NCBI GenBank assembly: GCA_965140445.1
Contig: OZ223236.1
Span: forward strand, 2,144,001-2,208,000
Reading direction: 5' to 3'
DNA: 64,000 nt
From: Candidatus Ozemobacteraceae bacterium
Lineage (GTDB): Bacteria; Muiribacteriota; Ozemobacteria; Ozemobacterales; Ozemobacteraceae
The notes under the pieces are model-generated. The model was given only the letters and a program-made list of their open reading frames with translations, ran no database searches and had not been told where the DNA came from. A program made the translations under genes and the position numbers. Below are positions 1 through 9,265 of the stretch, one piece after another. The number at the start of each line of letters is the position of its first letter. Position 1 is the stretch's first letter.

Positions 1-240
1 GCTATCTTTTGTATTTCACCAATTTTTCTTGGTTTCTTTTTTGGCTTCAGGGACGAGTATTTTGTGCTTGGTAGTCCATTATCTATGGCATCCAGGAAAT
101 TGTGGCCGGTTGGGGTCGTTATTGCCTCTATTTCATCTTTTTTAGCTTTAACAATTAATTTCCCCTGGCTCTTTGGCCAATATAAGGAAATTCAGGCTTT
201 TGTAAGTCCTATTGCCAGGAAAGAAATGGATAATGAATAG
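1..240 (+). CDS. 3' end of a membrane protein, truncated by the window edge (possibly an ABC-type permease of the vWA cluster)
   Basis: Frame 1 is open from base 1 (AIFCISPIFLGFFFG...LWPVGVVIASISSFLALTINFPWLF...MDNE*). It is hydrophobic, and its TAG at 238-240 overlaps the ATG of the next gene at 233. Confidence 0.7.
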   Translation, partial: AIFCISPIFLGFFFGFRDEYFVLGSPLSMASRKLWPVGVVIASISSFLALTINFPWLFGQYKEIQAFVSPIARKEMDNE

Positions 241-1108
241 TAATCTGAACAAAATTATTGAAAAAGCCGAGTTGGTCGGACAGAGATATCTGTTAAACAT
301 TTCTTCAAGGTTTTCTTCTGGTACTGCTGGGCATAAGTTTGGTAGAAATACCGGCAATTCGCTTGAGTATCTGGATCATAGGGAATATCAACCAGGAGAT
401 GATATTCGTCACATCGACTGGCATGCTCTTGCAAGGTCTGATAAGCTGACGGTCAAATTATTCAGAGAAGAAATCACTCCTCATCTTGATTTGATCCTCG
501 ATTGCTCTGCATCAATGGGACTTGAAAATACTGAAAAAGAAGATGGTTTCTGGGCAATGACAGCTGTTATAAAAGCCGCAGCTGCAAATTCATCTTTTTC
601 TTTCAAGCCCTGGATCTTAAAAAAACAATGTTCTCCTATGGAGCCAGCGGGCTTACCAATAAAGCACTGGGAGAATTGTGAGCTGGATTTTCTGGGTAAC
701 TCATGGGAGTCACTAAATAGAATGCCTCCAAAATTTAAAAATAAAGGAGTCAGGATACTGGTTAGCGATCTGCTCTGGGAAGCTGAGCCAATGAGCGTAT
801 TACAGCAGCTTTCAGATGGTTGCTCGCTATTAATAGTAATTCATTTCCTGTCTATATTTGATGTTTCTCCTGAAATATCTGGAAACCAACGCTTAATAGA
901 TAGTGAAACTGGTGATTATATTGATTTAATGGTCAATGAAGAGGTTTTAAGAACTTATAGACAGAACTTTTCCAGGCATCAGGAATATTGGAAAAGATGC
1001 TGTACTAAAACAGGAGCGGTATATTCTTTATGTCTGGCAGAAGAATTTCTAAGAGATTTTATGCCTGAGGATCTTTTAAGAAGCGAAATCCTCATGGTCA
1101 GGAGCTAG
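233..1108 (+). CDS. DUF58 domain-containing protein (MoxR/vWA-associated)
   Basis: Motifs GNSLEYLDHREYQPGDDIRHIDW and LILDCSASM. Start taken at ATG 233, coupled to the upstream stop. Confidence 0.92.
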   Translation: MNSNLNKIIEKAELVGQRYLLNISSRFSSGTAGHKFGRNTGNSLEYLDHREYQPGDDIRHIDWHALARSDKLTVKLFREEITPHLDLILDCSASMGLENTEKEDGFWAMTAVIKAAAANSSFSFKPWILKKQCSPMEPAGLPIKHWENCELDFLGNSWESLNRMPPKFKNKGVRILVSDLLWEAEPMSVLQQLSDGCSLLIVIHFLSIFDVSPEISGNQRLIDSETGDYIDLMVNEEVLRTYRQNFSRHQEYWKRCCTKTGAVYSLCLAEEFLRDFMPEDLLRSEILMVRS

Positions 1109-1110
1109 TT

Positions 1111-2862
1111 ATGCTACCCACCTTTGTAAATCCATTAGCCTTTTGGGGGTTTCTGTCACTAATAGCGGTGGCAGGGATTTACTTCTTCAGGAACAGGGTA
1201 AAGGAAGTAAAAGTTTCTTCTCTGATGCTTTGGCACAATAAAAGCAATCTTGCAGAAGGTGGGAAGGTTTTGGATAAGATCAAACTTCCACTTTTGCTAA
1301 TAATTGAACTGATTATCTTTGCCTTATTGCTCCTGGCAGCTGCGAGCCCAAGATTAATACTTGGGGACAGCGTGATACCAATGGTATTGATACTTGATAA
1401 TTCAATTTCAATGACCGCCCCAGCTGAGGCTTCCCCACAAAGCCAGGCGCTGGAGTTTCTAAAAAAACAGATTTTCTTAAAAGACTATTACAGGATTAGT
1501 ATACTTAAAGCTGGTATTTCCTCTGAATTCGTTGGCAGAAGGGGAATGGCTCCTGCGGAAGCATGGCAATATCTGCAGCATTGGAAATGCAATTCACCAA
1601 CAGCTGATTTAAATCTAGCCATAAAAACCACGTCCGAAAATTTTCCCGGAAAGGTCAAAACGCTGGTTGTTACGGATCAACCTTCTCAGATTTCACTATC
1701 TGATAGTATTAACTGGCTTCATTTTGGAGCAACAGTGAAAAACCTGGCTATTACTGCTGCAAATAGATATTCTCTGGGAAAATTAGATCGTTGCTACCTT
1801 GAGTTTTCTAACTTTTCAAATGATTCGGAGCATTTAAAAGCGGTTATTGGTGACTTAGCCACCGGAAAAATTATTCAAAATATTGATGAACAGATTGGTT
1901 CAAAATCATTCAGGCGAATTAGATTTTCTATTCCAAAAGACTTTAGTGTTTTTGCCAGGATCGAAAATGACAAAGTGTCGTTTGACAATGAGGTTTTTCT
2001 TCTGGCAAATCTCAGTAGAAAAGTAAGCTATTCAATAAAATCGGGCTCTGAATATTTAAAGGCTATACTCGAAAGAACTCTAAGCCAGATAGATTTTGCG
2101 GAAAAGGTTGAAAAATCGGCCGATATCGTTTTTACACAGGATGAGCTACTGGATATGGATCACGGATGGAATTTGGTTTTTCATACCGCTTCTCAACCCT
2201 GGTTATTTAATTCTGAAATCGCAGCCAGGAAAAACCATTTTTTAGCTGATGGCTTGAGTTTTGATAAATCTTTCTGGGCTATTTCTGCAAACGCCTCGAT
2301 GTCTGGTTCACCAATTATTAATGCGGGCCAAAATATTTTGCTGTCAATTGAGGGGGCACCAGAAAGGTCGCAAACTATTCATTTTAATTACTGTGCAGAG
2401 TATTCAGACCTTCACAATACCTATTCATGGCCAATTCTATTTTGGAATCTATTCGACTGGAAGTTAAAATATTCTGATGGTCCTTCAACTCAAAATGCTA
2501 AAGCTGGAATGGGTGTTAAAGTTAAATTGAGTTCATCGGTTCCAAATGTTGTTTTAATTAAGCCCGATGGACAAAAGGAAAAGCTGGAATTCTGGGGACA
2601 GGAAGCTGAATTTGAGCCTGAATTGAGTGGATTGTATCAAGTAGTTACAGAAAATAGCTCATGGACTATTGCAGCAAATTTAACAGATGCAATAGAATCA
2701 AATTTTCTTCACAGAACTCATGATAAGGCAAATTCAAGTCTTTCTACTGATGAATTCATCAAAGAATCTGCAGATGTCAGATGGTGGTTCCTTCTCCCGG
2801 CAATTTTCTTTTTCTTTATCCACCAGTGGTTGCTTTCCAGAAGGAGAATTGCTTATGCTTAG
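1111..2862 (+). CDS. BatA N-terminal domain / vWA domain membrane protein
   Basis: N-terminus F-x-NPLAFWG...VSSLMLW...LLLLAAASP, MIDAS-like LILDNSISM, C-terminal TM (RWWFLL). Follows the DUF58 gene. Confidence 0.85.
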   Translation: MLPTFVNPLAFWGFLSLIAVAGIYFFRNRVKEVKVSSLMLWHNKSNLAEGGKVLDKIKLPLLLIIELIIFALLLLAAASPRLILGDSVIPMVLILDNSISMTAPAEASPQSQALEFLKKQIFLKDYYRISILKAGISSEFVGRRGMAPAEAWQYLQHWKCNSPTADLNLAIKTTSENFPGKVKTLVVTDQPSQISLSDSINWLHFGATVKNLAITAANRYSLGKLDRCYLEFSNFSNDSEHLKAVIGDLATGKIIQNIDEQIGSKSFRRIRFSIPKDFSVFARIENDKVSFDNEVFLLANLSRKVSYSIKSGSEYLKAILERTLSQIDFAEKVEKSADIVFTQDELLDMDHGWNLVFHTASQPWLFNSEIAARKNHFLADGLSFDKSFWAISANASMSGSPIINAGQNILLSIEGAPERSQTIHFNYCAEYSDLHNTYSWPILFWNLFDWKLKYSDGPSTQNAKAGMGVKVKLSSSVPNVVLIKPDGQKEKLEFWGQEAEFEPELSGLYQVVTENSSWTIAANLTDAIESNFLHRTHDKANSSLSTDEFIKESADVRWWFLLPAIFFFFIHQWLLSRRRIAYA

Positions 2863-5641
2863 TAATTCCCAATGGCTTTTACTTTTTATTCCGGCAATTA
2901 TTCTTCTGATTAAGCTTGGAATGCCATCTCGACTATTATTTAGAATTCGTTTTGCAATAATAATTTCATTAGGATTGGCTCTTTGTGCCCCGGGAATTCA
3001 ACTTCCTGGTAATGATGGCATCCTGGTTGTAGTAGCTGATAGAAGCCTTTCAATGCCTGAGGATTCTGACAAAAGGATTTCAGAAGTTATGGAAATACTT
3101 TCAAATAGTATTTCAGATTCAGGCAAAATTGGACTTGTGACTTTCGGAGCAGAAGCAATGATTGAGTCGCAACCATCAAAAGCAACCTTTTCAGGTTTCT
3201 CATCAGACCTTGATAAAAGTGCATCCAATTTGAATGAAGCACTTAAAAAGGCTATTGCAATGATTCCCACTTCTTCTTCAGGAAGAATCGTACTTTTATC
3301 TGATGGAAAATGGACAGGCGTAGATCCTGAAAAAACTGCTTTTAAAGCTGCAAAACGTGGGATTCCAATTGATTACCGTTTCTTATCAAGAAACCACTTT
3401 AAGGACTTGGCTATTACCTCTTTTGACGTGCCAGGTCAGGTTGAACCCGGCGAATCTTTTCTTGTTAGTGCTAGCATTTATTCTCCAGGTGATCGTGAGG
3501 TTGAACTTACTTTTTCAGATTCAAAAAGAATCTTGTCTAAAAGAAAAATTAACCTTATAAAAGGCGAGAATTATATTTCTTTCCAAAACACGGCTGCAGA
3601 AAATGGAGTGCAGAAGCTTGAACTTTCAGTTTCCTCAAGTGTAAAAGATCCCGTTCCTGAAAATAATCGGGCTTTTGCATTAACTGAAGTTAATGGTATA
3701 AAGCCGATTCTCATACTTTCCGAAAAAGAAAAGCCTGCATTGCTTAAGCTTCTAATGGGGGCTGGAATCAAGACTGTCGCAAAAATGCCCCATGAAATTT
3801 CATGGAATTTGGAAACTCTTGCCGGATATTCTGCTGTAGTTATTGAAAATGTTTCAGCAAATCGTGTAACTCAGCATGGAATGAGAGTATTGGCGGCCTG
3901 GGTTAAGCATTTAGGCGGAGGGCTATTTTTAAGTGGCGGGAAGAATTCTTTTGGCCCTGGTGGTTACTACCAGTCTCCTATCGAAGAAGTTTTACCCGTA
4001 ACAATGGAGCTCAGAAATGAGCATCGGAAATTGTCTTTAGCCATAGTAATAGTTTTGGATAGATCTGGTAGCATGGCTGCGCCAACAGCTGGAGCCAGAA
4101 CCAAAATGGATCTGGCGAATATAGGTGCTGCCAGCTCACTTGACCTTCTTTCCCCCATGGATGAATTTGGCTGTCTTGCAGTCGATAGTGAAGCACATGT
4201 TATTTGCAATCTGGAGCCAATTGGGCAGAATAAACAAGCGATCAGAGGCGAGGTAATAAGTATTGAATCCTCTGGCGGCGGAATTTTTGTTTTTGAAGGA
4301 ATAAGTAAAGCCGCTGAAATGCTTAGTAGAGCTGCTGCCAAGACTAGGCATATGGTTTTGTTTGCGGATGCCTCTGATGCAGAGCAACCCGGTCGTTATT
4401 GGGAGCTTCTGGAAAAGTGCTCCAAGGTTGGTATTACATGCAGTGTAATAGGCCTTGGAACTGAACATGATAGTGACGCAGGCTTGCTTAAAAAGATAGC
4501 AAAGCACGGTAATGGAAGAATCTTTTTTACCAGAGACCCTGCTGAGCTTCCCAGATTGTTTACTCAAGACACCTTTGTTGCAGCCAAAAGCTCATTCATT
4601 GAAGAAAAAATTTCAATAAATGGGACTAATGGCTTAAATAATCTTATCGGATTTAGCCAACAAATATCCGGATCTATCGATGGATACAACCTCTGCTATC
4701 TTCGCCCAGAAGCAATGTTAGGGGTGAAAACTGGAGATGAAAATAATGCTCCCATTATTGCTGCTTGGCAATGTGGCTTGGGTAGGGTAGCTGCTTATAT
4801 GGGCGAGTTAGATGGGAAGTTTTCCGGCGATTTTGTTAAATCTTCTGAAGCAGCTGGCGTTTTTACCGCTATTTCTAACTGGTTGAGAGCAGATAAGAGA
4901 CAGGAACTTGATCAAATGCTCGTAACTCAGAAGGTGGTGAGAGGGCAGTGGGAGGCAACTTTACATCTTGATCCAGAGCGAGAAAAAGAACCATTCAAAT
5001 CTACTCCTCAGATTATTGTTTTAAGATCAATTTCCAGTAAGGCCCCGGAAAAATTTGTTCAAAACCTGACCTGGAAAACCGCAGATAGTTTAGGAGTTGA
5101 GTCACTTCTTACCAGCGATGAAACAATTATTTCTGCCATAAAGTTTGAAGATGGGAGAAAAATCAGACTTTCGCCTATTAGATTGCCATATTCTCAGGAG
5201 TATGCACTTAGCGAACCGGGAACCGGCGAAGAGAAGCTTAAAGAAATTTCAGAAATCACATCTGGAATTGAAATTGTTGATTTACACTCTGTTTGGGATA
5301 AGTTGCCCAGAGTTTTGCAGTTTAGGGATCTTACCAATCTATTTATTTATATGGCTTTGCTTATGTTTTTTATCGAGATCCTGGAGAGGAGAATGAATAT
5401 TGCTTCTTCTTTGTTTCCGAAAAGAAAAGGTGCAGTTAACAAAAGTGACAACCAGGTTTTGAGGGCAGTAAAAAGCGAAGGGAAGCCGGGTTCAGGTATG
5501 AAAACCTTTGATGATGACAATAACATTGAACAAAAAGAAATAAAAGGTGCTTTTGCTAGAGAAAGCACTCAGAAAGAAAGTTTCTCCAGCGCATTAAAAA
5601 AGGCTAGAAAGAGCGCTGAAAAAAGAACAAGAAATAAATAG
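2855..5641 (+). CDS. Large double-vWA domain membrane protein with a glutamine amidotransferase-like middle domain
   Basis: Two MIDAS motifs (VVADRSLSM, IVLDRSGSM), LLSDG, GGGLFLSGGKNSFGPGGY and a C-terminal TM. AAGGAG SD at 2841-2846 before ATG 2855. Confidence 0.88.
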   Translation: MLSNSQWLLLFIPAIILLIKLGMPSRLLFRIRFAIIISLGLALCAPGIQLPGNDGILVVVADRSLSMPEDSDKRISEVMEILSNSISDSGKIGLVTFGAEAMIESQPSKATFSGFSSDLDKSASNLNEALKKAIAMIPTSSSGRIVLLSDGKWTGVDPEKTAFKAAKRGIPIDYRFLSRNHFKDLAITSFDVPGQVEPGESFLVSASIYSPGDREVELTFSDSKRILSKRKINLIKGENYISFQNTAAENGVQKLELSVSSSVKDPVPENNRAFALTEVNGIKPILILSEKEKPALLKLLMGAGIKTVAKMPHEISWNLETLAGYSAVVIENVSANRVTQHGMRVLAAWVKHLGGGLFLSGGKNSFGPGGYYQSPIEEVLPVTMELRNEHRKLSLAIVIVLDRSGSMAAPTAGARTKMDLANIGAASSLDLLSPMDEFGCLAVDSEAHVICNLEPIGQNKQAIRGEVISIESSGGGIFVFEGISKAAEMLSRAAAKTRHMVLFADASDAEQPGRYWELLEKCSKVGITCSVIGLGTEHDSDAGLLKKIAKHGNGRIFFTRDPAELPRLFTQDTFVAAKSSFIEEKISINGTNGLNNLIGFSQQISGSIDGYNLCYLRPEAMLGVKTGDENNAPIIAAWQCGLGRVAAYMGELDGKFSGDFVKSSEAAGVFTAISNWLRADKRQELDQMLVTQKVVRGQWEATLHLDPEREKEPFKSTPQIIVLRSISSKAPEKFVQNLTWKTADSLGVESLLTSDETIISAIKFEDGRKIRLSPIRLPYSQEYALSEPGTGEEKLKEISEITSGIEIVDLHSVWDKLPRVLQFRDLTNLFIYMALLMFFIEILERRMNIASSLFPKRKGAVNKSDNQVLRAVKSEGKPGSGMKTFDDDNNIEQKEIKGAFARESTQKESFSSALKKARKSAEKRTRNK

Positions 5642-5642
5642 C

Positions 5643-6140
5643 CTATCTATAAAAATCAATCCATTTAAATGAAACTTCTGAGCCCAGATATTGGGAAACG
5701 GTTGGGGGAATGACTATTTCAAAATAATCAGGTTGCATTGATTTTCTAATTTTTAGCCAAAATGCACTTTCATTGGAGATTGAAATCCAACCATTTGGAT
5801 TGGTTTTCAGGGAAAATTCTTGAAAGACCTCTCCTGTTGATGAATTTACAGAAATCCTATGAGAGAATCTTCTTCCGGAAATTATGAACTTTTCAAGGCC
5901 TTTTAGATTGAGTTTTATTCCAAATCTGGTTTTACCAGAATTATATGGAAACACCATTCTTGCTGAACCAATACCGGTTTTTGAGGAAATTTCAATTATT
6001 GGGAAACTGTAGCCTTCAATGGTTTCCAGCCTTAAAACCTTTACTGTTGAAGCCCAACCTTGTGACGTCAACATTTGTATGAAGGTAAGAATTAAAGCAG
6101 AAAAAAGAAGAAATGAGTTTGTTTTTGAGAAAAATTTCAT
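5643..6140 (-). CDS. Hypothetical exported protein
   Basis: 165-codon ORF with a signal-peptide-like N-terminus, ending WIDFYR. Start taken at ATG 6140. Confidence 0.65.
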   Translation of the reverse strand: MKFFSKTNSFLLFSALILTFIQMLTSQGWASTVKVLRLETIEGYSFPIIEISSKTGIGSARMVFPYNSGKTRFGIKLNLKGLEKFIISGRRFSHRISVNSSTGEVFQEFSLKTNPNGWISISNESAFWLKIRKSMQPDYFEIVIPPTVSQYLGSEVSFKWIDFYR

Positions 6141-6175
6141 AAAAAAATTATACAACTTAAAATAGTAAAATGGCT

Positions 6176-6206
6176 AAAAAAAAAGCAGGCCTCCAGGAAG
6201 AGGCCC
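6176..6206 (-). terminator. Rho-independent terminator
   Basis: Minus strand GGGCCTC-TTCCTG-GAGGCCT followed by GC and T9. Confidence 0.75.
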
Positions 6207-6265
6207 TCGAATTATTGGGTTAGAAGGGACTATGTATGAGAGGTTCGAAATTCTCACACATACAC
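6176..6265 (-). ncRNA. Candidate small RNA (about 90 nt)
   Basis: 5' hairpin TATGTGTGAGA/TCTCATACATA, a pyrimidine-rich linker, a terminator, and an upstream ECF-like promoter TGTTAC-N16-CGTA. Confidence 0.4.
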
Positions 6266-6337
6266 GACAAATACGGGGAAGTTTTAAAAAGGTAACAAAA
6301 AAAAACTATTTTTTTTTGCAAACATTATAAAAGAAAA

Positions 6338-9265
6338 CTAGATCGTGGCTTGATCAGTGTTTGCCTGGTTGGTGATTATTAAAAGAGTCATGTCATCGTT
6401 TTCGGTTTCGTTACAAACACTTTTTATTTTCGAAGTGACGTTTTGATAAAAAGTTTGAGGGTTGTTATCAAAGCAATCAACCAGTATTTTTTGAAAGCCA
6501 TCCAGACCTATATTTCCTGTTTCATAGAATCCATCAGAATATAAAACCAATGCTTGACCAGATTTTAAATGGTAGCTTTGACTGTTTTTTATCTCAGCTT
6601 TGGAGGTCCCAAGCGGAGGATTTATCATTTCACAAAATCTGGTGGACAAATCGTTAGAGTCCACAATAATAGGGAAGCAGTGACCTGAATTTACATACTC
6701 AAAAACATTGCTGTCAGAATCAAAAACAATGCATTGAAAAGTCATAAATTTTTTCTGTTTTTTATTTTTGGTTTTTCGCAAAAGCCAATTTAATCTATTA
6801 ACTAGTGCAAGTGGGTTTCCCCATAGTTCTTTAAGTTGCAGAATAGCAGATTTTACATAAGCCATTATTAAGGAAGCGCCGACTCCATGACCTGCGACAT
6901 CTCCCAATACTATCGAAAGATGCTTTTGATCTATTTCCAGCAGATCAAAATAATCTCCTCCAAGGTCATTAAGCGATACTGTTTTTCCAAAAATTCTCAA
7001 TTGATTGCACTTTACAGGCTCATTTAATTGTGGAATCAATTTATCCTGAACCAAACTTGCTACCTGAAGTTCTTCCATATCCACAATGGTTTCATTGAAG
7101 ATCCTGGAAATTTCTCCAAATTCGTTTTGACCAAGGTCGGGGAGTCGATAATCAAAATCTCTTTTTTGCAATGCATTTACGCCTCGCTGAAGTTCGTAAA
7201 GTGGTTTGGTGATTGCTCCTGATAGGATTAAACCGAGACCAATGGAAACCATAATTACAAGAATTCCAAGCTTATAAAAAAGGTTTTTTCTTGTATTTAC
7301 TCTGTCCATAATCAACTCCTCTGGAATCAAAGCAATTACCTTTATATAATCAGCAGTTTGAAAATTTGCACCAGTAATGTAGTGGGGCTTGTCCTGCCAG
7401 ATAACTTTTTCCAGGTTTCCGTTGCTGGAATCTCTTAATTTCAGGAAATATGACATTATTTGTTTATTTGATAAGGCTTCTTCCGGAAGTACCATTCCTT
7501 CGCGGGGGAGGCTTAAAATTTTTATTCCGTAAGGGTTTCTGTTAAAGTCTGAGTAAAAACGCTTCATATAATCTGGTTGTAGCACGTAAGGTCTAAAGGA
7601 GTTTAAGAGAATGTAGTCTATTTTTTCAGATGAGAAATTTTTTATAAGTCGAATATAGGTTGGGAACATTCTTGCACCAAATCCCCAGTCCCATAATTTT
7701 CCAACCGAATTGTAGAAATCGTGCAAGATAGGCTCCGGTTCTTCATGTCCCATTGCATTAATTATCATTTCCAACCTGGTAAGAGCCTTGTTTGACAATT
7801 TTTCACTATTTAGTTCTGCCAAAAAGAATTTTCCTATTGAAAGAATGGCCGAAGCTTGTTTTATATCAGTGTTTCGAATGCGTTCCCATGAGAAGCTGGA
7901 TTCCAACTTGCCATTTTTCAAAATTCCTTTTCTGAATCCAAGATAAGACGTGTGACTACTAATCAGGAACATTGCTGTAGCTGTTCTATTTCTATTTTTT
8001 ATAAATTTTCCATAGCTTTTCTTCTCAATTCCCTTTTCTTTCAATTTTGGAAGGAGTAGTTGCAGGTCTTTTTCTAATTCTCTAATTTCATGTGTTTTTT
8101 GGCCAATTGACAGCTCATCTATGTTTTGCAGAAATCGTGAGCTTATTCTTTGAAGCGATAAAAGAGAATTTTTCTCAAATTCATTAAGATAATCCACTAC
8201 AATCCCAGATAAGGCAACGACTGGTATAATGCTGCTGGCAAGAAATAAAGATACAAACTGTAGCTTTATAGGGATTCTAAACCTGTTTCCGAACTGAATT
8301 ATCAGTAATATCAAGAAGCTTAAAATAAAATAGACTTCCAGAACCCTTAATTTATAGGAATTCATTTGAGAACTTATGCTACTTAATTCTTCACACTTTT
8401 TGTCAATAACAGCGGCTAAATAATAATCCTCCGAAATGCTTGAAACCAGGAAGATGTTCTTTGCGTCCTCTATCGTTTTAGAGTAAAAGACTGGACTCTT
8501 TTTCAACCGATCAATAAGTTTTTCAGGTAAATCGCCCTTTGCTAAATCAATCTGGGCTTTATTTATTAAATGGACTTCAAAAAGATCTGCGTTTTTGAGA
8601 TTTGTTTGTAAAATGGCATTTTCAAGTCCCAAGGTATCTCTGATGCTACTTTTATCTACAAAAACTGCGAGTCCAAAGTCCCCATAATTCAGGTTTAACC
8701 ATAAAAGCGGAGAGTCTTCCTCAAAGCTGGTTTCTGATAAATTTGTGCCATCAATCTTAAGTGATCTGTTTTCGGCTTCCGGGTAAAAAAGATTTCCGAA
8801 AACTCTTCTTAAAAGGAAAAAGCTTTTTTTATCCAGGTTTTGAAAATTCCAGGTTTGATGGTCCTTGCGTCTTAATAAAAATACGTTTCTTAAATCTTCT
8901 TTTGAGACATTTCTGGTGTATTTACTAAAATCCAGATTACCGTTTGAGTTCCATATCAGGTATTCAATTTTCAATTTAAGTTTATTAGAAAAATTTTCAA
9001 TTTTCTCTTTGATTTGTTTTGTATTTGAGCTTTGAAAAAGCGCTTTTTGGAAATTTGCAGCAATGAATTTTCTTGCGCTGGATTTCATCTGAATTTCACT
9101 TAAGTTTTGCCAGCCAAGGTCTGAAATTTCCTGAACCTTTTCATTAAGTGAAGTGAAGTTAAGATAGCTAATTCCTGGGAGAATTAGCGCTAGTGGAAGA
9201 AGCAACAAAAATATTGTTGGCAAGAGATTATTGTAATTTTTGCTTAGCTGTTTTTTGTTGCTCAT
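6338..9265 (-). CDS. Multi-pass membrane sensor, HAMP + SpoIIE/PP2C phosphatase
   Basis: About 4 TM segments, HAMP (ITKPLYELQRGV...LGQNEFGEISRIFN), intact PP2C motifs GGDYFD, GDVAGHG, YSDG and DDMT. Confidence 0.9.
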   Translation of the reverse strand: MSNKKQLSKNYNNLLPTIFLLLLPLALILPGISYLNFTSLNEKVQEISDLGWQNLSEIQMKSSARKFIAANFQKALFQSSNTKQIKEKIENFSNKLKLKIEYLIWNSNGNLDFSKYTRNVSKEDLRNVFLLRRKDHQTWNFQNLDKKSFFLLRRVFGNLFYPEAENRSLKIDGTNLSETSFEEDSPLLWLNLNYGDFGLAVFVDKSSIRDTLGLENAILQTNLKNADLFEVHLINKAQIDLAKGDLPEKLIDRLKKSPVFYSKTIEDAKNIFLVSSISEDYYLAAVIDKKCEELSSISSQMNSYKLRVLEVYFILSFLILLIIQFGNRFRIPIKLQFVSLFLASSIIPVVALSGIVVDYLNEFEKNSLLSLQRISSRFLQNIDELSIGQKTHEIRELEKDLQLLLPKLKEKGIEKKSYGKFIKNRNRTATAMFLISSHTSYLGFRKGILKNGKLESSFSWERIRNTDIKQASAILSIGKFFLAELNSEKLSNKALTRLEMIINAMGHEEPEPILHDFYNSVGKLWDWGFGARMFPTYIRLIKNFSSEKIDYILLNSFRPYVLQPDYMKRFYSDFNRNPYGIKILSLPREGMVLPEEALSNKQIMSYFLKLRDSSNGNLEKVIWQDKPHYITGANFQTADYIKVIALIPEELIMDRVNTRKNLFYKLGILVIMVSIGLGLILSGAITKPLYELQRGVNALQKRDFDYRLPDLGQNEFGEISRIFNETIVDMEELQVASLVQDKLIPQLNEPVKCNQLRIFGKTVSLNDLGGDYFDLLEIDQKHLSIVLGDVAGHGVGASLIMAYVKSAILQLKELWGNPLALVNRLNWLLRKTKNKKQKKFMTFQCIVFDSDSNVFEYVNSGHCFPIIVDSNDLSTRFCEMINPPLGTSKAEIKNSQSYHLKSGQALVLYSDGFYETGNIGLDGFQKILVDCFDNNPQTFYQNVTSKIKSVCNETENDDMTLLIITNQANTDQATI

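Noticed and set aside
2720..2854. N-terminal extensions given by the ORF track (also at 212, 18450, 19912, 35045, 41908, 47403, 60027 and 63812)
   Set aside because: Downstream ATGs fit SD positions, gene coupling and family N-termini better.
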